From positions 5,376,001 through 5,440,000 of the forward strand of contig OZ244042.1 of assembly GCA_965215015.1 (NCBI GenBank): DNA of 64,000 nucleotides. The letters run 5' to 3'. A model generated the notes under the pieces. The model ran no database searches. It was not told where the DNA came from and worked only from the letters and a program-made list of their open reading frames with translations. Made by a program: the position numbers and the translations under genes. Shown piece by piece: positions 30,486-41,700 of this stretch (position 1 is the first letter of the stretch; every line of letters begins with the position of its first letter). This DNA comes from Candidatus Poribacteria bacterium. GTDB lineage: Bacteria; Poribacteria; WGA-4E; PCPOR2b.

Positions 30486-31565
30486 TTACAGCATTTTCGC
30501 ACGCTGTCGCAGCAAATGATCGACCAACACCAGCGCGGTCATCGCTTCGACAATTGCGGGTGCACGGGGCAAAACGCACGGGTCATGCCGTCCACGCGCC
30601 GATAGCGTGACAGCATCCCCGTGGATGTCCACCGTCTCCTGCTCCTTGCGAATGGTGGCAGTCGGCTTGAAAGCGACCTGAAAAACGATGTTTTCGCCGT
30701 TTGAGATGCCGCCCTGTGTCCCGCCGGAATTGTTCGTCCGTGTGCGGACACGCCCAAGGTCATTGTAAAACGGATCGTTGTGCTGCGAGCCGGTGCCGAT
30801 TACACCGCCAAAACCGGAACCAATCTGAAAGCCCATCGTTGCTGGAAGGGACATCATCGCCTTTGCTAAATCTGCCTTGAGTTTGTCGAACACCGGTTCA
30901 CCGAGTCCAACAGGAACATTCCGTGACACTGATTCGATGATCCCGCCGAGGGAGTCCCCATCCCGTCTCGCCTCATCAATGCGTTCGGCCATCTGTTGGC
31001 TGGCTTTCGGGTCCGGACATCGAACAAGACTGTACTCAATCTCATCAAGGCTCACAGTATCCGAATCAACCTCCGCCTGGATTGTGTGGATCTGCTTGAC
31101 GTAGGCGAGGATTTCCGTCCCACACAGCTCGTGTAAAATCTGTTTTGCGATTGCGCCTGCTGCTACCCGTCCGATTGTCTCACGGGCACTCGCTCTGCCA
31201 CCGCCTTGCCAGTTACGAAGACCGAACTTCTGTTGGTAGGTGAAGTCGGCGTGCGACGGTCTATACACCTCCTTGAGATGTTCGTAGGCGGATGGTTTCG
31301 CGTCTTTATTCCACACTAGCATTGAGATCGGTGATCCAAGGGTTTGCCCCTCGAAAACGCCGGACAAAATCTCCACCTGATCCTCTTCCTGACGTGAGGT
31401 TGTGAGATGGCTCTGCCCCGGTCGCCGCCGATCTAGTTCCGCTTGAATAGTACTGATATCGATTTTGAGTTTCGGCGGGCAGCCGTCAATCACAACGCCG
31501 ATTGCTCCGCCGTGCGACTCGCCCCATGTTGTAATCCGAAAAAGATGACCAAAGGTATTTCCCAT
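30486..31565 (-). CDS. aroC: Chorismate synthase
   Basis: 'GESHG', 'RPSHAD', '[10 protein letters not shown]', 'GGISNG', 'GRHDPC'. Confidence 0.96.
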   Translation of the reverse strand: MGNTFGHLFRITTWGESHGGAIGVVIDGCPPKLKIDISTIQAELDRRRPGQSHLTTSRQEEDQVEILSGVFEGQTLGSPISMLVWNKDAKPSAYEHLKEVYRPSHADFTYQQKFGLRNWQGGGRASARETIGRVAAGAIAKQILHELCGTEILAYVKQIHTIQAEVDSDTVSLDEIEYSLVRCPDPKASQQMAERIDEARRDGDSLGGIIESVSRNVPVGLGEPVFDKLKADLAKAMMSLPATMGFQIGSGFGGVIGTGSQHNDPFYNDLGRVRTRTNNSGGTQGGISNGENIVFQVAFKPTATIRKEQETVDIHGDAVTLSARGRHDPCVLPRAPAIVEAMTALVLVDHLLRQRAKML

Positions 31566-31788
31566 AATGCTGCTCCCTAGTTCAGTTTCGCATCATCTCC
31601 CAATAGAGACCCCTGCTAAAATTCCCCCGATGGGATCGGGACTTAAAACAGCTTGACAAATCCGTGATGCATCCATTACCCTACTGAGGCTTGAAAGCAT
31701 CAATGCAGAGATACGCACAAGGCGCATTTCTACGCCAATATAGCACATCTTCCTTCTGAATATCAACTAAAAGTTAGCGAAAGCAAAT

Positions 31789-32487
31789 ATGATAAAAACA
31801 TTCTTCAAACGGTTAGACATTCGCCTGATCGGCATTTTCATCGTCGCTGCTTTTCTGTGGAATACGCCGGTTGTTTATCCCCTCAAGATTTTCGTCGTTT
31901 TCATGCACGAGGTCAGTCACGGTTTGGCAGCAGTCGCGACGGGGGGCAGTATTAAAGAGATCCAGATTGTCGCCCAAGAAGGCGGGCACGCGATCACGTT
32001 AGGTGGTTCACGATTCTGGACACTCACCGCGGGCTATCTTGGAAGTCTGTTGTGGGGTGGGTTGATTCTGATTCTCGCGGCGCGGACGCACCTTGGTAAA
32101 TTGATCAGTGCTGTTATCGGTGTGGGAATGATCCTCATTTCAGTCTTCTATCTGCGAAATAGTTTCGGCTTTCTATTCGGCGTCGGGTTCGGTGGGGGAC
32201 TAATCATCGTCGGCAGATTTCTGCCAGAGTCGATTAATGAGTGGCTGCTGCGCGTAATCGGTTTGACCAGCTGTCTTTATGCAATTCTCGACATCAAGAG
32301 CGATATTTTAGACCGCTCCCATCTCCAATCCGATGCCCGTATGCTCCACGAAGAGGTAACACCGTATATTCCGACCATTGTGTGGGGCATTTTATGGATG
32401 GGGATTGCAGTAGGTGTAACCCTGTGTGTCCTTTACATTGCCGGCAAGGACAAAAATCGGCAGGAAGTATTGGACAACGGAGACTGA
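31789..32487 (+). CDS. M50 family (M50B-like) membrane metallopeptidase
   Basis: 'HEVSH', 'AGYLG', 'SDA'. Confidence 0.85.
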   Translation: MIKTFFKRLDIRLIGIFIVAAFLWNTPVVYPLKIFVVFMHEVSHGLAAVATGGSIKEIQIVAQEGGHAITLGGSRFWTLTAGYLGSLLWGGLILILAARTHLGKLISAVIGVGMILISVFYLRNSFGFLFGVGFGGGLIIVGRFLPESINEWLLRVIGLTSCLYAILDIKSDILDRSHLQSDARMLHEEVTPYIPTIVWGILWMGIAVGVTLCVLYIAGKDKNRQEVLDNGD

Positions 32488-32490
32488 GTT

Positions 32491-33003
32491 TTGAAACAGT
32501 TACGTGGCAAACCACTCAAGGATTTCCTCAAAGGGGCGGCGCGCCCGGATAGAGAACTTATCTTTATACTGCAAGATGTCGAGGATCCGGTCAACGTCGG
32601 TTCCGCGTTTCGGATTGCGGACGCAGCCGGTGTGCGTCAGCTCATCTTGACGGGAATTAGTGCACGCCCGCCACACCCTTTGATTCGGAAGGTTGGGCGG
32701 GGAAGGGATCGGCGGGTAAAGTGGAACTATACGAAACACGCATCGGATGCAATTTTAACCTTCAAAGCACAAGGCTATGTTAGCTGTGCACTGGAGATTA
32801 CCGCAGCGGCTGTGCCGTACAATGAAACCGAATACCCCGATAAACTGTGCCTAATCGTTGGGCATGAAGATCACGGCGTAACGAGGCATACTCTTGCTGC
32901 CTGTGATATGACAATCTATATTCCGATGTACGGCAAAGGAACTTCTTTAAATGTTCATGTGTCGTTAGGAATTGCGGCGTATCATATCCTGCACAGTGGT
33001 TGA
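32491..33003 (+). CDS. SpoU/TrmH family RNA methyltransferase
   Basis: 'NVGSAFR', 'VGHEDHG', 'IPMYG...SLNV'. Confidence 0.9.
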   Translation: MKQLRGKPLKDFLKGAARPDRELIFILQDVEDPVNVGSAFRIADAAGVRQLILTGISARPPHPLIRKVGRGRDRRVKWNYTKHASDAILTFKAQGYVSCALEITAAAVPYNETEYPDKLCLIVGHEDHGVTRHTLAACDMTIYIPMYGKGTSLNVHVSLGIAAYHILHSG

Positions 33004-33152
33004 AAAGTTTCGTGTAATAAGAAAAACTAATGTGAAACCGGGGGGGTAACTCCCACACATAAATGTTTGGGTTTTAGACCTAAAGGATTTTTGATAAACA
33101 AATTGACATCCGTTCATCTCAAATAGGTTTATGGGTTCAAAGGAGGAAATGG

Positions 33153-34172
33153 ATGAAGTTGAAGGTTGGCGTTGTGGGGTTAGGACGTGGGCGCGTATAC
33201 CTAGAAAACTTCTCAAGGCAGATTCAGGCGGAAGTGGTTGCGGTGTGCGATGTAGATACGTCCCGGTTGGAGGCGGCTGACTGTCCGACCGATACGTCAA
33301 GATACACGAATTATGAGAAATTTCTGAGGCATAATCTGGATCTGGTAGTCATCTGCACGGAGATGCCGCAACATGCCGAACATACAATCGCTGCATTGGA
33401 AGGTGGAAGGCATGTCCTCTGTGAAGTACCAGCGGCATACACACTGTCAGAATGCGAGGCGATTGTCCAAACCGTCGAAAAGACCGGATTGAAATATATG
33501 CTCGCTGAGAACTGCTGCTATAGCGACATGCACCTCGCATGGAAGGAGCAGATCGACGCCGGCGAACTTGGAAAAATTATCTACGCGGAAGCCGAATATA
33601 TTCACGACTGCCGGGGGCTAATGCGTCGTAGGAATGGAACGTTGACATGGCGAGCCAAGATGCCGCCAATCCAATACTGCACACATAGCCTCGGCCCCCT
33701 ACTTTTTTTAATGGAAGATCGGTGCACTGCAGCAACAGGATTAAATCCTGGTTCTAACATCGCCCCCGATCTCGGCGTAATAGATTTGGAGGTCGGGCTT
33801 TTTCAGATGGAGAGTGGTGCGGTTGTCAAGGTCTTATGCGGCTTCTCGATTGAACGTCACCCTGCATTCCACTGGTACGTCATCTACGGGACAAAGGGCG
33901 CGTTGGAAAGTAAACGTCAATACAAGGACAGAGTGAGCGGATATTTTCGGGGAATCGCCCCTGACCGAGAGATGTCCCCCTTTGCAAGTGATGACAGTGG
34001 GCACGGAGTCGCCGAAAGCAGAATCGTTGAGGGGTTCGTCAAATCCATCTTGAACGATACGAAACCACCAATTGATGTTTACGAAGCGGTGGATTATACT
34101 GCGCCGGGGATTTGTGCACACCTGTCTGCTGAAAGCAATGGTAAGGTTGTGCCGGTGCCGAATTATCGGTGA
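33153..34172 (+). CDS. Gfo/Idh/MocA oxidoreductase
   Basis: 'VGVVGLGRG', 'HVLCEVP', 'YCTHSLGP'. Confidence 0.85.
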   Translation: MKLKVGVVGLGRGRVYLENFSRQIQAEVVAVCDVDTSRLEAADCPTDTSRYTNYEKFLRHNLDLVVICTEMPQHAEHTIAALEGGRHVLCEVPAAYTLSECEAIVQTVEKTGLKYMLAENCCYSDMHLAWKEQIDAGELGKIIYAEAEYIHDCRGLMRRRNGTLTWRAKMPPIQYCTHSLGPLLFLMEDRCTAATGLNPGSNIAPDLGVIDLEVGLFQMESGAVVKVLCGFSIERHPAFHWYVIYGTKGALESKRQYKDRVSGYFRGIAPDREMSPFASDDSGHGVAESRIVEGFVKSILNDTKPPIDVYEAVDYTAPGICAHLSAESNGKVVPVPNYR

Positions 34173-34195
34173 ATCGAAGAATCATCCGTATTGTT

Positions 34196-35275
34196 TCATG
34201 CCTTTTCAAACGCTACGATATCCCGATAGATCTTAGGAGAGACTCGCGCCCGCAGGTCAACATCGGCAAACCGCTGGCGAAATCTATGTTTCTGAATCAA
34301 ATCGAGAACTGTTTCGTGTGGCAGCGTGTTCAAGTTGTAAGCGACCACAATCGTTCCGTTCGATTTAAGTAAATGTCGCCAACTTGGTAGGGCGGCGTTT
34401 AGTAGCTCGTCTAATGAGATTGGGTTGAGTTTTTCGTTTCGGCTTCCGGCGCGAATCCCGTAAGGGAAATCTGTAATTAAGCTATCGAATTGCTGGCCAG
34501 ATAGATAGCGATGCGCCGCCCGTGTATCGCCGTTGATGATCTGATACCGGTTTTGGGGAGAGTCATGCGTTACGAAAAGATGACATGTTCCATCGTGGGA
34601 TTCTTCAAAATGCCTCCCAAGCCGCTGCAAGAGTTTTCGGAGATTTTGGGCACTCCGCTTCGAGGCTGTGGGAGAGATTTCTAAGGTCGCGCCATCAACC
34701 CCTCTTAGCACGCACTCGAAAAGCGTCTGTCCGTAGCCGCCCATCGGGTCTAGCACCCGACTGATAGGTGCCGTGTTGTAACTGAGGTTCAACATCGCAC
34801 GAATCAGGTACGGGGACTGCCTCGCCGGAGATTGGTAATCAAACGCCTGCGGAGCGATTGTGGTAACCCAGTCTTTATTGAGCGTGAGGGTCGGTTGAGG
34901 TGTCCCAGATTCAACGAAGGCACAAAAGGCATCGTAGTCCTTCCGTAAGTGCTCCGCCACTCGTTGGTTTCGATCCGTAGCCTCATCCGACCACACGAGT
35001 GTGTCGATTTGTATCAAAAAGGTCATCCACCAACACCGCTCGATTGCTTTAGGCGTCAATTCGCCTTCATGCCAGACGATACTCCCCGGCGGGTAGATCT
35101 CCGGTGTCGCAACCTCGACGACATGGGGCAGCAGGTTCACAATTTCGGCCTCAGACAGTCGCCCGACGATTCCCTCGTGACCGCTGACCTGCTTGTATTG
35201 GAAGTAGTAAACTGATATAGGATCTATGCACATTTTCGCCTTAAAAAAAAAGGATTGACAGAACCGAAAGGACAT
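34196..35275 (-). CDS. SAM-dependent methyltransferase (Trm11/RNA methylase-like; start uncertain)
   Basis: 'VLDPMGGYG' and 'TDFPYG'. Confidence 0.7.
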   Translation of the reverse strand: MSFRFCQSFFFKAKMCIDPISVYYFQYKQVSGHEGIVGRLSEAEIVNLLPHVVEVATPEIYPPGSIVWHEGELTPKAIERCWWMTFLIQIDTLVWSDEATDRNQRVAEHLRKDYDAFCAFVESGTPQPTLTLNKDWVTTIAPQAFDYQSPARQSPYLIRAMLNLSYNTAPISRVLDPMGGYGQTLFECVLRGVDGATLEISPTASKRSAQNLRKLLQRLGRHFEESHDGTCHLFVTHDSPQNRYQIINGDTRAAHRYLSGQQFDSLITDFPYGIRAGSRNEKLNPISLDELLNAALPSWRHLLKSNGTIVVAYNLNTLPHETVLDLIQKHRFRQRFADVDLRARVSPKIYRDIVAFEKA

Positions 35276-35316
35276 ATTAGAGTATATCCACTTGAGACTG
35301 TTAGGAGGACTGATAG

Positions 35317-35694
35317 ATGCGTCAATTCGTTGTTTGGGTTTCAGTGATAGTAGTAATCGGTTTAATAGTAATTATAACTATTTCACTAGTTAGGATGCCA
35401 CCAGCGACCCCGAAAATTTTTCCAGCTGACCGGGGGACCAACTTTATTGACGTGTCCACCTATCCGCCGGAGATGCAGAAAAACTACAAACTGTTTGAAC
35501 AAAAATGCAGTCGCTGCCACACCCTCGCCCGTGCAATTAACTCAGAATTGACCGGGGAGGCGTGGCGAAAATATGTCTACAAAATGATGCGGAAACCGGG
35601 ATCGGGCTTAACATCGAAAACCGCAGAACCGATTATTAAGTTTCTAATTTACGATTCGGAAACGCGAAAAAAGCGAGAGCCAAATACTAACTGA
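35317..35694 (+). CDS. Membrane-anchored monoheme cytochrome c
   Basis: N-terminal TM, CSRCH heme motif, distal 'KMMRKPG'. Confidence 0.8.
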   Translation: MRQFVVWVSVIVVIGLIVIITISLVRMPPATPKIFPADRGTNFIDVSTYPPEMQKNYKLFEQKCSRCHTLARAINSELTGEAWRKYVYKMMRKPGSGLTSKTAEPIIKFLIYDSETRKKREPNTN

Positions 35695-35780
35695 ATCGCA
35701 AGCTCAAGGCTTCACAGCACGTCCATGACGCAAATTCCCACATCTTAACAGACACAACGTTATAAATCAGAAGCGCGACC

Positions 35781-35895
35781 ATGACACCTAAAATGACAAT
35801 GCTTTATTGGAAATCGAACAAATTTTGGCTCGGAAAACTCCTTGAACCCCCGAAAATAATGACGCAGGGGGAAACCCTTGAGGAATTAAAAAAAA
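35781..35895 (+). pseudogene. HicB-like antitoxin fragment cut by the IS
   Basis: 'YWK..KFWLGKLLE.P.IMTQGETLEEL' matches the HicB start; similarity stops at the IS boundary. Confidence 0.65.
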
Positions 35896-37029
35896 CGCGC
35901 TTAACAGATAAAGGCTTGGCTTTTTGGCGTATTTTTGAGATAATCATATCGTCTAAACCCGCATGAATAAAGGAGTCAAGCATGAATTTACTTGAGATTG
36001 TCGAGCGATTTTCGACTCATGAAAATTGTATTAAGCACCTCGAAAACGTGCGGTGGGGAGATTCCCCGGAGTGTCCGCATTGTGGGAGTGATAGAGTTGC
36101 CAGAAAACGTGAAAATGATAAAATTGGGCGATGGAATTGCCACCAATGCAAGTCGAGTTTCAATGTTTTGTCTGGCACGCTGTTTCAAGGGACTAAGATT
36201 TCACTCACGAAGTGGTTTGTTGGGATTGCCTTGATGGTAGATGCCAAGAAAAGCCTGTCCAGTTGTCAACTTGCCCGGCATCTCGGGCTGAATCAGATGT
36301 CTACATGGTACATGATGCAACGAATAAGGAAAGAGATGGAATGCCGGGGCACCACTTTCTTGAAAGGCATTGTCGAATGTGATGAAACTTACTTGGGTGG
36401 CAAACCTCGCAGAAGAAAAGATGATGACGACAACCTGCCTCCTGCACCGAAACGGGGTAGAGGGACAGCAAAGACAGCAGTTATCGGTGCAATAGAACGG
36501 ACGGGTAAGGTTGTTGCCCGTATCGCCACAGATTTAACCCGTCAGGGTGTTATTGGGTTTATCAAAGATGTTGTTAACCCCAAGCAATTGGTTCTCATGA
36601 CAGATGAGTTCCAGAGTTACGAAGGTGCTTCGGAATTAATGCCTCATTCGACTGTCAAACACGGTGAGAAAGAGTATGTCAAAGGCATCGCTCATACGAA
36701 CACGATTGAGGGATTTTGGTCAATGCTCAAGCGAGCATTTCACGGAACGCATCATCATTACAGTAAGAAATGGACACCACTTTACCTGGCGGGAGCCTGT
36801 TTTAAGTGGAACAATCGGGGCCGCCCCAAGGGGTTTGAGAGATTTATCAGGGAATGTTTTGTGTAGCAGCCCCGGATAGAATTATCTGCGCCGTCGGGGG
36901 CGAGGGCTGCGTATTCCCAGTTTCCTGTCAAAAGAATCTTGAATGTGCTTTTGGGTGGGGGGGTTGAGATTATCATACCGATTTCCGTCAGGTTTCGTCC
37001 GTAACGGATTCAAATAGCCCCCTTATCTG
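35896..37029 (+). mobile_element. IS1595-family insertion sequence (ends approximate)
   Basis: Contains the transposase; partial terminal match of cagataaagg (left) with ccttatctg (right). Confidence 0.7.
35982..36866 (+). CDS. IS1595 family transposase
   Basis: Zn ribbon CPHC...CHQC, 'VECDETY', 'TDE', 'HTNTIEGFWSMLKR'. Confidence 0.93.
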   Translation: MNLLEIVERFSTHENCIKHLENVRWGDSPECPHCGSDRVARKRENDKIGRWNCHQCKSSFNVLSGTLFQGTKISLTKWFVGIALMVDAKKSLSSCQLARHLGLNQMSTWYMMQRIRKEMECRGTTFLKGIVECDETYLGGKPRRRKDDDDNLPPAPKRGRGTAKTAVIGAIERTGKVVARIATDLTRQGVIGFIKDVVNPKQLVLMTDEFQSYEGASELMPHSTVKHGEKEYVKGIAHTNTIEGFWSMLKRAFHGTHHHYSKKWTPLYLAGACFKWNNRGRPKGFERFIRECFV

Positions 37030-38740
37030 ATTCAGACATTTTCAGCACACTCCACAATACCGATTTCTTCAGGGGTTAAATTGTATAATGAGTATACTAT
37101 CCGAATTCGGGGTGTTACGGAGGCAAAAAAAATCCGTCTATGGTGATACTTATCCTGTTTATCCCTCCATCCTGGAAATCCTGATTCAGCACACGGATTC
37201 AAATAGCCACCTTATCTAATTCAGACATTTTCCGATCCCTCCACAATAGCGATTTCTGCAGGGATTAAATTGTATAATGAGTATACTATCCGAATTCGGG
37301 GTGTTACAGAGGCAAAAAAATCCGTCTATGGTGATACTTATCCTGTTTATCCCTCCATCCTGAAAATCTTGATTCAGACAATTAGTGTCTCATTCACAAT
37401 CTTAAGTTCCCGCAGCGTCAGAAGCGCAGATTAACGCAGATTCAAAAAAGCCAATCCCTCCACAATAGCGATTTCTGCAGGAGTCAAACCGTATAAATGG
37501 TCAGAATCTGGATTCACCAGATTCTATGATTCTCAGGATTTTTAGATGCTGCCGTTTCTATCCTGTTTATCCTTCCATCCTGGAAATCCTGATTCAGCAC
37601 ACGGATTCAAATAGCCACCTTATCTAATTCAGACATTTTCAGCACACTCCACAATAGCGATTTCTGCAGGGGTTAAATTGTATAATGAGTATACTATCCG
37701 AATTCGGGGTGTTACGGAGGCAAAAAAATCCGTCTATGGTGATACTTATCCTGTTTATCCTTCCATCCTGAAAATCCTGATTCAGACATTTTCAGCACAC
37801 TCCACAATAGCGATTTCTGCAGGGGTTAAATTGTATAATGAGTATACTATCCGAATTCGGGGTGTTACGGAGGCAAAAAAATCCGTCTATGGTGATACTT
37901 ATCCTGTTTATCCTTCCATCCTGAAAATCCTGATTCAGACATTTTCAGCACACTCCACAATACCGATTTCTGCAGGGGTGAGAACGTATACAATTGTCAG
38001 AATCTGGATTCACCAGATTTTATGATTCTCAGGATTTTTAGATGCTGCCGTTTCTATCCTGTTTATCTCTCCATCCTGGAAACCCTGATTCAGCACACGG
38101 ATTCAAATAGCCACCCTATCTAATTCAGACATTTTCAGCACACTCCACAATAGCGATTTCTGCAGGGGTTAAATTGTATAATGAGTATACTATCCGAATT
38201 CGGGGTGTTACGGAGGCAAAAAAATCCGTCTATGGTGATACTTATCCTGTTTATCCTTCCATCCTGAAAATCTTGATTCAGACAATTAGTGTCTCATTCA
38301 CAATCTTAAGTTCCCGCAGCGTCAGAAGCGCAGATTAACGCAGATTCAAGGTTGAAGCAGATTCAAAAAAGCCAATCCCTCCACAATACCGATTTCTGCA
38401 GGAGTCAGACCGTATAAATGGTCAGAAGCTGGATTCACCAGATTCTATGATTCTCAGGATTTTTAGATGCTACTGTTTCTATCCTGTTTATCCCTCCATC
38501 CTGGAAATCCTGATTCAGACATTTTCAGCACACTCCACAATAGCGATTTCTGCAGGGGTTAAATTGTATAATGAGTATACTATCCGAATTCGGGGTGTTA
38601 CGGAGGCAAAAAAATCCGTCTATGGTGATACTTATCCTGTTTATCCCTCCATCCTGAAAATCTTGATTCAGACATTTTCCAATCCCTCCACAATAGCGAT
38701 TTCTTCAGGAGTCAGACCGTATAATAAGTATACTATCTGA
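37030..38740. repeat. Mosaic tandem array with nine copies of the adjacent RM gene's 3' end
   Basis: 'ctccacaata(g/c)cgatttct' near 37050, 37239, 37458, 37647, 37800, 37953, 38143, 38379, 38533 and in the gene at 38686, alternating with an 'atcctgtttatc..tccatcctg.aaa.c.tgattcag' core. Confidence 0.92.
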
Positions 38741-41700
38741 TCAATCTCATTTTCAAGTTCGGATACATCGGCGTTTGGGTCGGGGCGTTTAGCGTCGAGG
38801 ATTTGAGCAACAAGTTCAATCATTGGTGCTTGTTGCTCAGGTGAGACATTAGGAATAGGTAGTGCCTTGGCATCATTGGGATAAAAATGCAAACCTTCAC
38901 TTAAAAAGCTAAGGAAATACCATTTTGTGAATATAGAATTCAGAACCCCCAGTAGAAACCTGTAATCATATTGCCTAGAAAATTGGCTGTCAGAGCTTTG
39001 CACCGCCCGACGTGCCGAGATATGAGATACCTCTGCAAGCAAATCCAATCGGACGCAGTTTACAACTGTATGACTGTTATAGAAGCCTTCATCGTCATAA
39101 GCAAATCGCAAGCTATCTTTTACAACATTGATAAACATCAGCTTCTTGTTCTCGAATAGCTCTGGAAACATAGGATTGTAGTGTTCATTGGGCGTATAAT
39201 TCAACCATCCTTCTTGAGAGAACGAATAACGCTCAATATTTTTTCCTTCACAAAATCGTTTGCTGCCTGAAATCAGCTCCTGGCTGATATAGTACTTCTT
39301 TCCCAACTTTTTCGAGCGATGATTAAGTCTAGCCCCGTAGGCAACAAAGCAAATGCGATCGAAGCGAACTGCACGATGCCATACTTTTTCTTTTAATTTG
39401 ATACTATTAAATACAAGTGGATTCGTTTCAAGGCGAGAATTCTTAAGCTTTGCAAAGGCTTGTTGATTAATAAAAAATTCCTTTCCGCCCCGCGTATCAA
39501 AATCCGCGTTGCTGTAATGTAACCGGATTTTCGTTTGACTTTGCCCTTTATGATTACCAACGACCAGAACGATATTATACACGATTGCGTTCTCGAAAAT
39601 TCTATAGCTACACGCATCCACAATCTCCCGAATGGTATGATTTTCTATGAGAATTCGACGCATTTTCTCCCCATATTGTTGTGTGGCAAAAGCGCGAGGA
39701 AGAATGAAACACATAATGCCCTTGATATTAAGAATAGAAACAGATTTTTCAAGGAATGCAATGTAAATATCTGTTCTCCCTTCGCAGGCTTGATAGTTCT
39801 TGAACAAATAATGCTTCGTTGTAACAGGAAGATTCTCAATATTGATATACGGTGGATTTCCAATGACGACATCAAACCCCTTCCTCACCCCAAACATCCA
39901 CTCCGGGTCAAACCAATCCGCGCTTGCATTCGGGTCGTAAGGGTCCCAAGCGGCGACTTTATTCGCATCATCGGCAGGCATCCCGATATGCGTTAATTCT
40001 GTCGCCAATGCTCGCCGCAATTTCTTGTCGGCTCGCTTACACGCCAGTTTCTGGGAGCGTGTCGTTGCGTGGAAATGCCGTTCCCGATTCTTACCCAATT
40101 CCCCTTCTAATGTTTTCGCTCTTCGACTGGTCAGGGTGCGTTCACCTTCGAGACCGATGAGCGTGTTAGCCGCAACAAACCGTGTCTCCAGATTCGGCAG
40201 CGGCTTAATCCCAAAGTTAGCTGCGGCCCTATCCGGCTCCTGCTCAATGGCAAGGGAGATGAAAAAGCGGAGTTTGGCAATTTGGCAAGCGATAGATTGA
40301 ATATCCACGCCGAAGATGCTGTTTTGAATCAGATACAACTTCCGTCCGAAATCCGAATCGCGGTACCGTTTGAAAGTTTCGTTGATTTCGAGGAGGGCTT
40401 CACGGCGTATGTGGTCATCTGCCGTATCAAACGCATCCGCCGCGCGTTGGATGGCGCGTTCTTTCTGTAGCTGTTCCCATCGGGTGTTATCGGGGTCCAG
40501 CCGTCGTAGGGCAAGCGTCAGTTTATGCAGTATTCCCATCGGAAACGCCCCGGAACCGACGGCGGGGTCAAGTATCTTCAGTTCTGAAATTGCCCGCACT
40601 ACCCGGTCCGATTCACAGCTATCGAACCGTTCGGTCGCATCATCAAATGCCTTTGCGTAATCGAACAGATAGCGCAACCGCTCGTCCCAAAACTTCGGGT
40701 CTCCGTCCGGCGGCGACACCTGTCCTGCAAGCGTGGCGACTAACGTCTCCTCTACCATGTAGTCCACAATGGCGCGGGGGGTGTAATAGGAACCGGTCTG
40801 CTTTCGTGCCGTTGTGCCGGTTTCGGGGTTATACGCAGCGAGCAGGTTTTCAAACACCTTGCCAAGTAGCTCCGGGTCCAACGCGACCTCCTGCTCTATC
40901 GGTGTGTTTTCCTCAACGGTAAACTTGTACCGTTTCAGCAGGGGAATCAGACCGTAAGCATCATCGAAGAAGAGACGGTTAGGAATACTTAATTGACTGT
41001 AATGCACATCAGAAAAGCAATCCACCCGGTAGCCGCCATCCCGTGTCGCCTCCTCGCTGTCGAGGCAATCGAATAAGCCACCGTTGATGAATGGTGTTTG
41101 GGCAAACAGCCCCAGCAGCTGGTCGGGATCGGCTATCTGGTCTCTGTAGCGATACCGTGAGAAATTGCGATGGACCGGATTGCCCCCTTCGCTAAAGCCA
41201 CGCTTCTCTATCTCGGTGTTTAGCGTGGCGAAAAACAGGTTCTGCAGCACCGCGCGGTAGTAGGAATCGCCGGTGTCGCGTTCATAGTCTTTCAGCAATG
41301 GGGCGATGTGCATCTCGTTGAACAGGTCATCGGCGATCAGTCCCTTCTCTTTGATAAACCAGACGAATAGCAGTCGCGTGATTAAGCGGATGACGTGCTC
41401 TTCTGGTTTCAAGATGCGATGTTCGTTTGTCGGGAACTCCCCTTCATCAACTGCCCATTCAAACCAGTCGAACAATTCTCGATAGAATTTCTTGTTGAGT
41501 GCTTCGGTGTCGAGTGTCTTTTCCCAAGCGCGATGGAGCTCGACAAAGTTGCGGACACCGTGCGTTGGGTTCAACGGTTCGAGGGCGAGATCGAATAGGA
41601 TATCGATGTGGGCACGATGGGTATCGTTGTAATCAATATTCTTGATAAGGGTTACTTTTTCGAGGACATCGCGGGATGGGTCGCGTAGCCCCAAACGGCG

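Noticed and set aside
37030-38740. CRISPR array
   Set aside because: The intervening segments are long and themselves repeated, not unique spacers; there are no cas genes in the window.
37030-38740. Diversity-generating retroelement template/variable repeats
   Set aside because: No reverse transcriptase in the window, and differences between copies do not appear limited to adenines.
37678-38740. Plus-strand ORFs in the array (also 42651-43202 and 1690-2216)
   Set aside because: They are translations of repeat units with no RBS or family motif.
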